The notes beneath the pieces are model-generated. The model did no database searches. It saw nothing but the letters and a program-made list of their open reading frames with translations, and had not been told where the DNA came from. Made by a program: the position numbers and the translations under genes. A stretch of DNA of 64,000 nt from Tricharina praecox (lineage: Eukaryota): assembly GCF_024521635.1 (NCBI RefSeq), contig NW_026250411.1:496001-560000 (forward strand), read 5' to 3'. Of the stretch, positions 37,157 through 49,354 are shown in pieces; the stretch's first letter is position 1, and each line of letters starts with the position of its first letter.

Positions 37157-40100
37157 GATGATCTTGTCTGTCGGATTGTCTGTCTTGTTTGGTGGTATAT
37201 TACGAAGCGAATGCGCAATAACTGCAAGATTCTCGGGTGGTGGTGGTAATAGTGGTGGATGGTGTATGGTGTATGGAGATGTCGTAAAACGGAACTCGCG
37301 GGAAGCAAGATTCGATCGTTACGAATTGGAAGGACGGGTTCGTACAGTGTGTTCGTCGGAGTCTCGTGCCACTGATTCACGAAGTTAACGACCGCACCGC
37401 ACAATTCTCGCACACAGCCGAGCATGCAACCTGCCCGAATCTAATCAAGAAGCAGGTATCCGCGATTCACCATTTGGAGACGCAAGACGCATCTGAAAAC
37501 AGCGACATGCGCCTACGGCCCTTTTTTTTGCCCGCCTGCATGCCTGCCACAAAACCGATGCGAGATGGGCAAGTGTCACTAACCTTCTTTTTCCTCTCTT
37601 TTCCACAAGATGTATCTCTTCAAACGACTCTGTCTCACAAAGAACCTTTTCACAAGATACAGATTTTCGTCGCACAAGCAGCAAATTCCAGATTTCCGGC
37701 AGGGGCGAGAGTTACGAGTACGTTGGGGGATCGAAAGTATAAGTGCTGGCTTATCGCGGGTCGTGAAAGTTGAAGTATTTTTTTTCTGTCTGCAAAGGAG
37801 TGTAGTGACCAACCGAAAAAGGAACGAATAAAGTTGGTCGAAATCAGAATAACAAGACGAAGCTGCTGGTGCTGCTGGGAGGATCCAGTTCAGACGATGA
37901 TGGTGGTGGAGGTGGAGGGAGGAGGAGGTGGTCGGTCGCTGGGCACAGTCGATGTGTGCTGGAACCACAGACCCTGAACCGGTTGCTGGTGTAGGAGTGT
38001 GGGGATCTGTATGGTCGCAGGCTTCTGGTTGGCAGGATGACCGAGGTGCGTTGCGGGCGACAGCGGCAGCAGGGAGGATTGCGGTTGGTTCGTCAAGTTA
38101 TTAGAGAATGAGGTAGGTTTGTTGAAAGGGCGTAAAAGCGAACAAAGAACAAGAAAAACAGTCGGTAGAAACAATTCAGTCAGTCTCTCTCTCGGTGTGC
38201 GCACACCCCTGGGAATTTCGAGCTATCGCTATGCAAAGAGAGAGAGAGAGAGCGAAAAGAGGAGAACTGCCGCCGTTGTCTTTGTTTTGGCTTGTTTTTG
38301 CTGCAGACCCTGGGGTGGATGGCTGATGGTTCGCTGCGGGTGTTGGTGAGCGATCAGCGCCGTGCAATCGCGTCAGGTTCGAAACAACGGACAAGTTAGG
38401 TAAGTTGGCGGTCGAGACGAAACGCGAAAAAAGAAAAAAGAGAGTGGACGGACACCAAGATGGGTCCTTTTCGACGGCGTCAGAAACGTCGAAGAAAACA
38501 GTTCGTAGCGAGAGGGAGGAGGAGGAGGAGGAGATGGAGGTGGAGGAGAAAGAGGAAGAGGGAGTGGAGGAAGGAGGGAAGGGGAGGGGGGAGAAGCGAG
38601 AGGGTGGGCGGTGGTGGAGGCGAGGATGTACAGTACTATACTTTTACTAGGTGTGCGCGAAAGGAGAGTAAGTGAGAAAAGAGTAAAGAGCGACGACAAC
38701 GATAAAGTACTCTAGATAGAGTAACAGCACACGGAACGAGAAGAATAATGACGGCAATAATACGAAGAAGGGAATAGGAAGTATGTAAGAGCAATAATTA
38801 GAGAGCGACTAGAGTTGGATTGAGTATGGGTTTTGGGGGTTGGGATTGAATCGATTCATGCCATGCATACCAAGGGCGGCGGCGGCGAGCGACTGTTCGA
38901 ATTCGTTCTTGAAGCGTTCGTTCCGTCTGACAAGGTGGGCCCCAATAACCGTCAAGCTACCTCATGATTTTCAGGAGACGACGACGACGGTGATGATGAT
39001 GGGTGATCGGAGCAGAGCAGAGCAGCAGCGAGATATAATAAGAAGCAGCAGCCAGAGCTGGAGGCGCAATAGCCCCCTGGGTGCCCATTCACGCTAGACG
39101 GTAGGTGGTAGGCGGTAGGAAGCGGCAGGCAGTGGATAGTGCTCCAAGTGCCCCAAGTGCCCTAGCAAACATCACAAGCCATGCACTTACATATCATACC
39201 GCCTCAGACGACATGGCGATTCCAGACGATCGAAAGCTGACATTCCGCCCTCTTACAATACTTACACACTGTGTTCTGCTGAATAACTAACGCCCGTCAC
39301 GGCGAATTGCCATGAATTTTCGCATCGAAAGCATCTCTACGGCCCCAGCAATGCTACCGCTCAAGCCGCCCGAAACAAGCATGCGGAACCCGAAAAACAA
39401 GGGACGATCGTCACTCGGGACTTTCCATCCCGTGCTCCGTTGCCTTCTTTGGGAGGCGCCGTCTCTGCCAGGGCCGTAGGGCTTTGGATGTCCCGTCTTC
39501 TTCTGCTTCCATGCGCCCCCAAGCACACGAGCATTCCGATGAACTAACTCATCCGACTCTCAGAGCCCGCCAGGACAGTGCTGTCGGCACCGCATCCGTC
39601 CGGTCTTTCAGCATCTGATGCCGGCCCCTTCCGTGCTCCGCTTTCCGTTTGCTTCCAGCGCTGGTGTGTGCGCGATGGTCCGAGATCTGGCCATGTAGTT
39701 ATGCCCGCATGTACTCTACGGTACCTCATCAGCCTCCCGAGTCTCCACCAGCCATCGCTGCTGGTGAAAGCAACGCTGCTGTCCTCGATTCTCTGGGCTC
39801 ATTTCATTCTGCGCATCCATCGCCGCGATGAACGCACCGCATCTCCCTAGCGCTTCGGTGGAGTTCTTCGTGCTCGTTCCTCTCCATCTGGCCGACGATA
39901 GTCAGTACTAGTACATTGCGCGCGCATTAATACATAGGCAGAGGAAGCCGTACTCTTCAGGGCTGGAAGGCGGTCGCCTCCGTGCAGCCGTGTTTTGAGT
40001 GGGCATGTGGCTTGAATCGATATGTGCAGATTTCGAATTCTAGTCGTGGCGCGTACATAGCCGTCGCATCCCGATGACCGACCGACATGATAATCACGAT

Positions 40101-40284
40101 AGGTACCGGTATGGTATGCTTCGGACATGGCCTCTACACGATCAAACAGATCAGGGGTCAGCAAATGGGAATCATCACGACAAATTAACTGCACTTTTCT
40201 CTGCATACCCTGAGAAGGCCAGCTCGCCTCTTTCATCGACCCCCCCCCCCCGTTCCTGAGGTGCCTATTGATGCTTACTCACCT

Positions 40285-40462
40285 CTGTTCCTGTTCCTGC
40301 TCATATTCCCATTCATGTTCATCTCCCTGTTCATGTTCATGTTCCCATTCAAATTCCCGTTCCAGTCCCCGTTCCTGTCGCCGCTCCTGCTGCTGCTGCT
40401 CCTGCTCCTGTCTCCGTCCCCGTTCCTGTTCCTGCATATGCCTGTGCCTGTGCCTGTGCCTG
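40285..40462. repeat. Degenerate hexamer repeat (CCTGTT/CATGTT/CCTGTG)
   Basis: Periodic 6-mers that generate spurious low-complexity ORFs. Confidence 0.75.
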
Positions 40463-42150
40463 TCCAGCTCTCTCACTGCATCTGTCTCCTAGCGGCTCAT
40501 GCAGGCACCAGCCAGAAATGGCCAGGCCAGAGAGAGTCTCGTCGTCGTGTCGTCGTGGCAGGCAGGAGAGCAACGTGTTCGCGGCCCCCCCACCCGCGAA
40601 GCGAAGCGACCAAGTCAAAGCCGGAGTTCACTACGGCTCCTTACAGCTTAGCCGGCCTCCCCCCCTCCTTCTTCCTTCTTCCTTCCTTCTTCGTTGAGCT
40701 ACTAGCAATTTCATGAGACGTCGTGATTGGCTAACGCTGGGGCTTGCCACGGCTTTTCGCTTTCGAGATGATGTTGCTTTTTGAAGATAGATAGGTGGAC
40801 TACCGTATGTGGATATGTGCTCTACACCCCCCCCCTCCGACGATGATGACGATGACCAAAGGCAGAACGAAAAGACCGGTTCCATCTGTCCAATCCCAAT
40901 CCCGCGGCCTGGCCGAAGAAGTCCAATGATAGAAAAAAACGGCAAGGGTCTTGGCACCCGAATTCGCTTTCGTTTCTCCTCCTCCTCCTCCTCCTCCTCC
41001 CCGGACATCTCTCTTGCCGCCAACAGGAATAGAACCGCCCGGATATGTACATTTACCGACGGCCCGTATAATTCGTATAATTCGGACTCTACTCTAGATA
41101 CTCTACTCTAGAGTGGGTACGTCGGCCACTGTTCTGGATGTGGCCTAGGTAGGTTCCGTAGGTGAAGCGGCCATTTCCTGCGGCTGATGGAGGCTCCATT
41201 CTGCCCCACCTATTCTGCTCTTTTCTGCTCTACTCTACTCTATTCTACATAGGGAGCCTTCAGCCCTTCACGCCGTGTCCGGTTGTTGAGGATTCACCGA
41301 CGGATCCGGGGCGGTACCGTAGGTGTGTTGGTGTTGGGTGCGAGATTGCCCGACCGGCACTGCCGACCTCACAGATCTACCTAACCGTGAAGCCCGTCCA
41401 GACCTCGGTACCGTTCCCGTCAAGCTCCTCTGCCGTAATGACGAGTTTCATTCCCTCGGTGAATGCAATCGCCTCGTCCGAGAGCAATGCTCCATCTCAA
41501 TGTTGTCCGGTCGCGCTGCGGCTGCATATTATGCATAGATGCCAACAAGACCGCAGTACTTCGGCACTTTGTACTCTAGTGCGAGGAGCTTCGGTGATGG
41601 AAAGGGTCATTGCATAAGCATCTAGTCCGATGCACGAAGGCGCCAGCCTCGTCCGGCACATCTGCGGAGCCGTCAGCGGCGTGCCTGCCTATGATACTAG
41701 TGCTGAGCCCGAAATCCAAGGGCGAGCCGTATAACGTCCGAGTGATGTGAGTACCAATGATACCGCGGTGCGCCGACAAAACCCATCAAAGCCACGCTAC
41801 CTACATATGGATAGAGTATCTACATAGCGAAGCGACATGTCGTGCGCCATCGACGGGCTGCATGGTTGTCATCGCCATCATTGTGGATGACGCTTCGAGC
41901 GGATTGGATGTGGCCAGGCCTTCGCGCCAAACGCGTTTGCACGGATGTGCGCGCAAGCAAGCTGAGTTCGAACCGATCTGAGGTGGCGAAACTTGAAAAG
42001 TCTTGAGGGCGAGAGCGTCAAGGCTTCCCGGAGTTCGAACAGCCACAAAATTCGACCGGACTAAGGCGGCGGCAAAATGGCCAATCTGCTTTGGATACAT
42101 AGAGGATGAGAAGATGAGAGGGTGAGAGGATGAGAGGATGAGAACTGCAT

Positions 42151-42198
42151 GGGAACTTGGGAACTTGGGAACTTGGGAACTTGGGAACTTGGGAACTT
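42151..42198. repeat. (GGGAACTT)6 perfect octamer tandem repeat
   Basis: Seen directly in sequence. Confidence 0.95.
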
Positions 42199-43067
42199 GG
42201 GGGCGTCAGCTGCAGCCTGCAGCCTGCGGGCAGGGAAAGCCGCCGGCCGCACCTGGGCACAGCTCAGCGGTAACCAGGGAAATATGACCAGGAAGGAAGG
42301 AAGGAACGAAGAACACAAGATGGCAGGCACGGACAAATGTGGGACATGGGCAGACATCCCTCCATCAACCCGGGTACTCTGTATGCCCACCGTTGATTCG
42401 CTGGACGTAACCGTCCAAAGGTCGATCAATATTCCTTCCACCTTGATCATAATATGTAACTATGTGCGTAGGGGAATTGGATGCCGAAAATCTTCAGCCT
42501 CGATCCGATCGATATCTCAGCATCTCTGCTGTGTCTGCCGGAACCAACCCGACGCAGAAACGGCACATATCCGGCGTCGGCTCAATCAATCAATCAACCA
42601 ATCTTGTTAATCGCCCAATCTACCCCCCCACCGGGCTGTTCCTGCGGGATTCCTCTTCTCGGGTGAGATGTGCAATGAAGGATGTGATTGTGCGCCTATA
42701 GTAGGCAAGTAGGCAAGTAGGCACTCGTAGAGTACCTGCTGTGCAAACACTTCAACCAATTCCCCCTGCCAATAAATCCCTCCCAGATCCAGCTCGTAGA
42801 ATGTCGCTCCGAGCGGGAAGAGGTGGCGAACCTTGACAGCCTGAGCCGCACTTCGCGAGTGCAGAGCGAGAAGTGTAGGAAGTGCAAGAAGAGAGGTAAG
42901 AAGCAGGAGGCAGGTCGGCATGTGCGCCGGAGTCTCTGTCGCTACTAGCAGCGGTGACTAAACGACTAGAGTGGAAGTCCACGCTTAGCAGAACGCCGAA
43001 AAATTTCACCGCTCCTTCCCCGCCCCACCGTTCACCACCCCACCCCTCCACCATAAAAGAGAGAGCC

Positions 43068-44808
43068 ATGGCCCCCATCTCTGCTCGAAGTTCCATCCTT
43101 CACCTTCTGCGAACGAGAACTTCGTCCCTCGCTACTCCTCAACATTTGCGGCTTCCATCTCCACCACCACAAAATGCATCTGCACGCCGGAGCTACTTGT
43201 TGCTTCGTACAACATTGAACCCAAAGGTCAGTCAACCCCGTTTGTCTCATGTTTCCCCTGCCTCCTTTCCCCTCCCGTCCTGTCCGAGAGGGAATGTACC
43301 TTTGCCATGTTTCATCGCCGTATTCTTCTCCCATCGAGGTGGATCGCGGCGAAACATGCCCAACTGCTACCCGTACTTCCTCTCCCATGCACTTGCCCGT
43401 CATAAGGATGAACACACTTCATTACCCAGCTCACTTTGACACCAAAATTTGGTGAATGCTGCGAACGTGAATCTACTTCTGAATTGCCCTCTATCCTTCT
43501 ATCCGCATCAGTGAAAAACAGCCCGTCGTTTTGCAAAGTGCTGACATTTACCCGCAAAAAAAGAACCCGCCGCTGCTACCCAAAAACCTGCCGGCACCCC
43601 CGAACACCATCATTCTCCTGACGAGTCCGGACGCGGCATCATCCCTTACCGCTCCCGCTTTATTCCCGCTCACCAACGACTCAACCGTAACCCTCTTGTC
43701 AGCTTCGGTGGACTCCCTGCCCGGCAGCAAAGGCGGTAATGGCTCGCGTGTGACCGGCTACAGCTGGTTGATTACCGACCATTCATTACCGATCAGGCTT
43801 CCTTCTTCCCAGAAGCTCAAATCACTTACCTTCTCCCTGCCCAATGCGAACTTCACGCTCGCGCTGGCAAACACTGTGTTCCAGAACGGCCAGGAGTCCA
43901 CGGTGGTGCACATGAAGGCCACTGCCCGGCCCAAGTTGATCGAGGCGGCCGTAGGCATCTCTGACCCGGAAGTGGATGAGTTTGCGAATGCACAGGAAGA
44001 TATCAAGGAGGCGTGGCAGGAGCTCGGTGACCTGATGAAGATGGTGGGCGTGAAGAGTGGCATCGTCATCCCGAACCCTGTTCCCTCAGATAGCGTCGAG
44101 ATCCAGATCTCGGACGAGGTCCTCAAAGACGGCCCTGGCAGTGCGTCGGGGAAGATGTACTCCCAGATGCCGTTGACCCCACTTACAAAGCCGCGCAAGA
44201 TCACTGAGGGAATGGGTAACATCCTCAGAACTCTAGAGGGCCCAGACGGCGATGGCGACGAGGCCGCCAGTCGTGAACTTGAATCCGCCGTGGATAAGTA
44301 TCTGGACAGTCTGCCGGAAGGCGTAGACACGCCGGAGAGGGTCGATGTCTTCGCGCGGCTGACGACGCAAGAGCCATCCTCGGACGTGACGGAGCTGCTA
44401 TTCCAGCCGGGCGTGCGTCTGCACCGGGTACTTTCTGGCGGCGGCGGCTGGGGCTCCAAAGCGGGGCTGCTATCGCTCGATCCGCAGAACGAGCGTGATG
44501 TGTCGCAGTTCGCGCACGAGTTTGAGGCCCGCTTCGATGGTGACGCGGATTATGTCCACGATGGCATCGTCCAGAAGGGACAGTGGATACAGTTCTTCAT
44601 CGCTGAGAATGGTGCCCCCGCTGAGAACGGCTTGCAGTTCGGCGCCGTCGGGAAGATCGAGGATGTTCGCAGGGTCGAGAATGATGGAAAAGAGAGGACC
44701 ATCGATGGCTGCTTTGGCGGCGCGAGCGAGTGCGGCGTCGACGTTGCCATCGCCGGCAAGCTGAGGAGAATGGATGTTCCCGGCGGCGCGGTCATTGTCG
44801 ATGTCTAG
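43068..44808 (+). CDS. Conserved uncharacterised fungal protein, possible mitochondrial presequence; snoRNA host gene
   Basis: Exons 43068-43226 and 43564-44808 (AAG|GTCAGT, GCTGAC branch, AAG acceptor, phase 0). Motifs LANTVFQNG, PLTKPRKITEGMGNILR, ASRELE, LHRVLSGGGGWGSKAGLLSLDP. Arg/Ser/Leu-rich N-terminus lacking acidic residues. Confidence 0.82.
43401..43485 (+). ncRNA. snR71: Intronic box C/D snoRNA, snR71/SNORD29-like (guide for LSU Am, yeast A2946 equivalent)
   Basis: C-box variant AGGATGA at 43405-43411. Guide ACCCAGCTCAC at 43424-43434 is complementary to conserved LSU GUGAGCUGGGU. D' box TTGA at 43436-43439 puts the +5 position on the A. D box CTGA at 43479-43482, 81 nt before the 3' splice site. 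Confidence 0.8.
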
Positions 44809-47800
44809 ATAGATAGAGATCTTTCTCCTGTACATCTACACCCGTTTACCGCGTCTTGTCTTCTATGACCTTTCCGCCGAACGCGTTGGTCAAATGTAAT
44901 AACAGTGTATCATGTATTGTACTACGAGCACGAATTGTCATGAATTACATACTCGTTACAATTGCAATTACTAGTACCATTGGAACACAACCTCAAAACG
45001 AAACGAAACTCAACAGCACCCCACTATACACATTTCAATTTCTTACCTCTTCTACAATTCCTATTGCGCCATAGCGCCTCGAGGAGGGAAGGCTCTTCAC
45101 GCAGCTCTTCACGCAGCTCTTACGTTTCTACTCTACTCTACTCTACCGACACCTGCCAGGCTGCCAGCCCCAGTACGCCACACGCAAAGTCATAGGGAAA
45201 ACTCCACATTAGCCGAGCTGAACCTCTCATCCATGAAAAAAAAATGAAAAAAAAATCCACCCAGCCATGTCACCTGTCATCTCCGGTGTCGGTATCCAAC
45301 TCCGGTCCTAGTTCGGGTCGGGTCCGTATTTGTTTTTCTTGCGTTTTTGTTTGTTGGGTTGCACAGCCTCCCTCTCACTCTCGCTCGCTCTCGTCCACGC
45401 TCGCACTCTCATAGGGCAGGAGCTGGGTAGGACTGGGGTGGGGGGTGACGACGCGGATTACCTACTAGTATGTACTCCTTGCACGTTCGTTAGTAACTAG
45501 TGCCGTTGTCATGTACTCTACATATGTAGTCGGCACGGCGCGGAGACAGGAGGGAGACAGGAGGGCGAGACGAGTGCGAGGCAAGTGCGAGAGAAGAGGC
45601 GGAGGGAAGAGTCGGAGGGAAGAGTCGGAGGGGTTTTTGAGCCAGCTGTGTGGATGTTTGGCTGTTTGGCTGGCTGTTTGGCTGTTTGTTTGGTCTGGGC
45701 TGGTGTGGGAACTGCTGGGGGTGGGCGCTGGGTACTGACTACCGTAGTACCCTGGAGTACCTAGGGCGGGACTCTGGACATGGAGTCTGGAGTCTGGAGG
45801 CGTGCTTTTGGGCTTGCTGGGTTTGGGCTTGCTGGGTTGGTGGTGGTGGGATGAAACATTTGATACATCGTATAGCGGTGATCGCGGATTGAGTGAATTT
45901 GTTGTGGAGGGGGATATGAAGTAACTAATGACGTTGATTTTGTTTCTGAGGACGGGGAGGGGTGGAGTGGAGGATGGGAGTAGGGGGAGTTTCATGGGGT
46001 TGCACTCGATATGGTGAGACTCCTGATCGGTCTTGAGCGGTGCACCATGCCTGCTGGGGAACAATGGGGCCGATTGTATGGTTGGATGGATGGGTGCTTC
46101 AAAGAGCCATTCGGTTTGGGGGGATGGCAGTGTTGGTCTACCCTCCCTCCCTCGGTATGCCTGTTAGGTAAACAGTAGGTAAACAATATCGATATTTCTC
46201 CCCTCGACTTACATACTAGTACTTGAGACCTGGTGAACTCGAAGAATGCGCAGTCCGTCCAAGACCCCGGAGAGAAAGAACTGTGCCTGACTCCGCTGTG
46301 CCCCAATGATGCACGCAACTGTGCATTTACCTGTGTAGTTACTACGCGACTTAACGGCGCGAGCCTTTCAGCGGTCAGGTGAGGTCTCTATACTCCACTC
46401 TAGTAGGTGCAACTTCGACCCTATTGGTTGCCTTCCCCCCTCTCCCTCCTCCCCCACCAACAGGCCGGCTCGATCTCGATACGAGCCAAGTCCAAATTGC
46501 CGCACCCAGGTCCGATACCGCCTCCATGGTACATGCACAAACTACTTCCCGACACAGCCGCCCACGAGCCACAAGGCTTCTAGGGCTACATAATGTAAGT
46601 GCGGATCTTCCTGTTGCCTATGATGCGTTTATGCCATAGCCTGATAGTTATCGGTGTGTATGTGCGACTATTGCCCGTGGGCTTGCAGTTGTGATAGGCA
46701 AAATACTCTGGCTATCGGTGGGTTCCTCTAGGTACCTAGTAGGTGCGGGACAGCTGGGGCTGTCTGACTGAGCCTCCGCGAGGTATCAGTAGTGCTGGAA
46801 TATCACAGATGATGAAGTGCATCATTCAGCTGTCCCAGCGCCGAGCGGCCGGTCTGGCATTAGTATCGGTATGTACGAGCGTTGGGGTCGTGTGGATGTT
46901 TCACTTCAGTCGGTTGGTAGTGTATGTAGTGTAGGTACTAGTTTCAGCCGCTCGATATCCTATGTATCCCAGAGTGATGGGGAAAAACACAAGCTGTCCT
47001 ATCCCTTGGAAATTCGTGGTGGTGGTTTCGGTGGAAGTCGGGATCATGGGATGTCACTCGGCGGCTGACACTTGGAATTTGAAAGTAGATGGGAAGTGCC
47101 AGTCGTTGACTACTGGCTTCCATGCAGAGGCTTGGAATCGTTCGGGATGGTCAACTGGGTACTCTACTCGGATCGGGCTCAGTGATATGGTACACACTCC
47201 GGTTGGATTCCATCATCCCATATGGTACTCAGCCTCAAATTTCAATCCAACCAACACCTGATCATCCGACAGCCTCGCTCCCAGCCAACCGCCAACCAAT
47301 CAACCAGCCAGCCAGATTCGAACACTCAGAGACATGTCATAACTAAAGCCACCAACATCAAAATATTCCATAGTGCGGGCAACATCCCGCCGAGACTCCA
47401 CTGCTCGTAGATGATCCGCTATGTGCACTGTCACGGTGATGTTGTATGATCCAACCTGCCGGGAAACCAGGAACTATTAAATAAACACAACATGATTCAG
47501 AGAAGGCTGAAGACTTCAGGTAGCTTCGTCCTCACCGCCACCAAATGTCATTGAAAAGTTATATGAGAGTTGTGTGTTAACTGGGTTACTGGTAACCAGC
47601 GTGGTGCGGAATCGTGACCGAAGACGGCTACAAGGTCCTATCAACACCACAAGGAAATTTCGAATTGAGACCTCGGTGGATAATAGTTAGTACATAGAGT
47701 ACACCGGAGAATCTGTGCGGTAAGTTTGGATTGGGAATCTATGCCACTTGCATTCCAAAGTTATTGCCGATTGGTGGTCAGGCCAAGTCTCCAACAGCCA

Positions 47801-47848
47801 TTATCAAATAACTCATAGTTTGTAGAAGCTTAGCAACACCATGAAAGC

Positions 47849-47921
47849 GCCTCGCTAGCTCAATCGGTAGAGCGTAAGACTCTTAATCTTAAGGCTGCGG
47901 GTTCGACCCCCGCGTGGGGCT
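47849..47921 (+). tRNA. tRNA-Lys(CTT), copy 2
   Basis: 73-nt sequence identical to 18542-18614; T-rich tail. Confidence 0.97.
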
Positions 47922-48413
47922 TTCTTCTTTTGCTTCTACAAGCTGTAGGGGTGGGACGGGCTGATATTTTGTGCTGGAGATGGCTGTGCGTGATGGGAAT
48001 GGAACCTGGCGGCAAGGTTGTGATGGTTGGATCATGAGATGCATACTCGTACTCGCAAGGACCGTGGGGCTCTGTGCGATCAAGCTTAAAAGAGTGACGG
48101 AACTGGACGTAGCGGAGTCAGTTCAAGATCATTGCTACTGATTCCGGTGGCTACTTGAGGCTGTCAATTCAAGGCCAGGCCCCTCAGCGGCAGCTCATAG
48201 GGACGAGTCGACTACATAGCTGTCTGGAGCTGGCTCAACCATCCATCGCTTCTCCGGTAGCTCAATGGTTTGTATTTTTATTTACTTGGGAAGTGAATGT
48301 TTGAGCACATGTTCAAAGTTCTAATATGAAACGAGTTCACATGCTTCCAAACCCCAATAATTGCATTGTCTTCATCCTTTGCCTTAGTATCTCCCCCACC
48401 AGCAACGTATATC

Positions 48414-48826
48414 TTACACAGTTTCCTTATGACGGATCTTTCCATCTTCCCTAGCGGCACTGGCCTGCGTAGCCGGTTGTCTCTGGGGATCACGCGCAAC
48501 ATCTCCCGAGAACCGTCCGCTGCCCACGCCGGTGTGGAACCGAGCATCGGCGCTCTTCATGTCGCTGGATCCGGGAGGATCATCGGGCAGCGGAAGGTTG
48601 GCTTGCACGTCTGTGGGATCGCCCTTGTTTTGGTGTACGATGGACTGGCGGGAGCGGGTCAGTGGGAGTGGTGGAAGTGGAGGGGAGGGGATGGAGAATA
48701 TGCCTTCAGGACAGATGCGTCGGAGCTTTTGGGAACTTTGCCGCCGTGTTGTTTGGACTGCCGGCTCTCCAGCTTGCGGATGTCTTCGGCGGTGACGTGG
48801 AAAGTCTTCTCGGTGCTCTCGGACAT
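48414..48826 (-). CDS. 117-aa small hydrophilic protein (conserved-looking, possibly stress/LEA-like) with non-canonical intron donor
   Basis: Exons 48826-48704 and 48644-48414. CACAATG start, TATA-like element about 115 nt upstream, intron with CTGAC branch and CAG acceptor. MSESTEKTFHVTAEDIRKLESRQSKQHGGKVPKSSDASVLK|SIVHQNKGDPTDVQANLPLPDDPPGSSDMKSADAR...GSGR. Confidence 0.8.
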
Positions 48827-49354
48827 TGTGGAGGTTTGGTAGGGTGTTTGAGTCTTCGTTGAGTCTGAAATGTAGGTTTCGTGAATGGAGCTACTTGTGG
48901 TGTTTACTGAATGGCCTCTCTTCTGCGAGGTTGGACGGTATATAAGAACGATTGATCCGCGTGAATGACGTTACTATGAAGTAAGGACTGACATCACCCG
49001 GCTAGGAGCGGTAGTGACATGATACTGATCCCGAGGGTGTTTCGGCATCGGAGTTACAGCCAATTTTGTGGGCTGATCTCAGGATCATCACGTTTATCCA
49101 GCCCGCACGGGTATATTTGATGCTTCACGACAATTCTGGAAATATCAACGTTATCTTGCAAGGCGATCGAGTGATAAATTAAGCGATCATCGTTCCTGGA
49201 TGTTCCCAGCAAGCAGTTCCCCTCATCACCGTCCGGAAAAAAAGCAGCAATTCTCGGCTGCGAACCAATAATCGTGATATCGATATAACTACATCTCATT
49301 TAACACGTCATCCAAGCTTCCCCACCACTGCCACGTGCTTACGCGTCTGTCCTA

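Noticed and set aside
40261..40716. ORFs with EQEQ/MFMF periodicity
   Set aside because: Hexamer repeat open in several frames on both strands.
42151..42198. (GGGAACTT)6 as telomere-like or CRISPR-like repeat
   Set aside because: No spacers, not TTAGGG, internal location; a simple minisatellite.
48366..48842. 158-aa plus-strand ORF
   Set aside because: Antisense shadow of the spliced minus-strand gene at 48414-48826.
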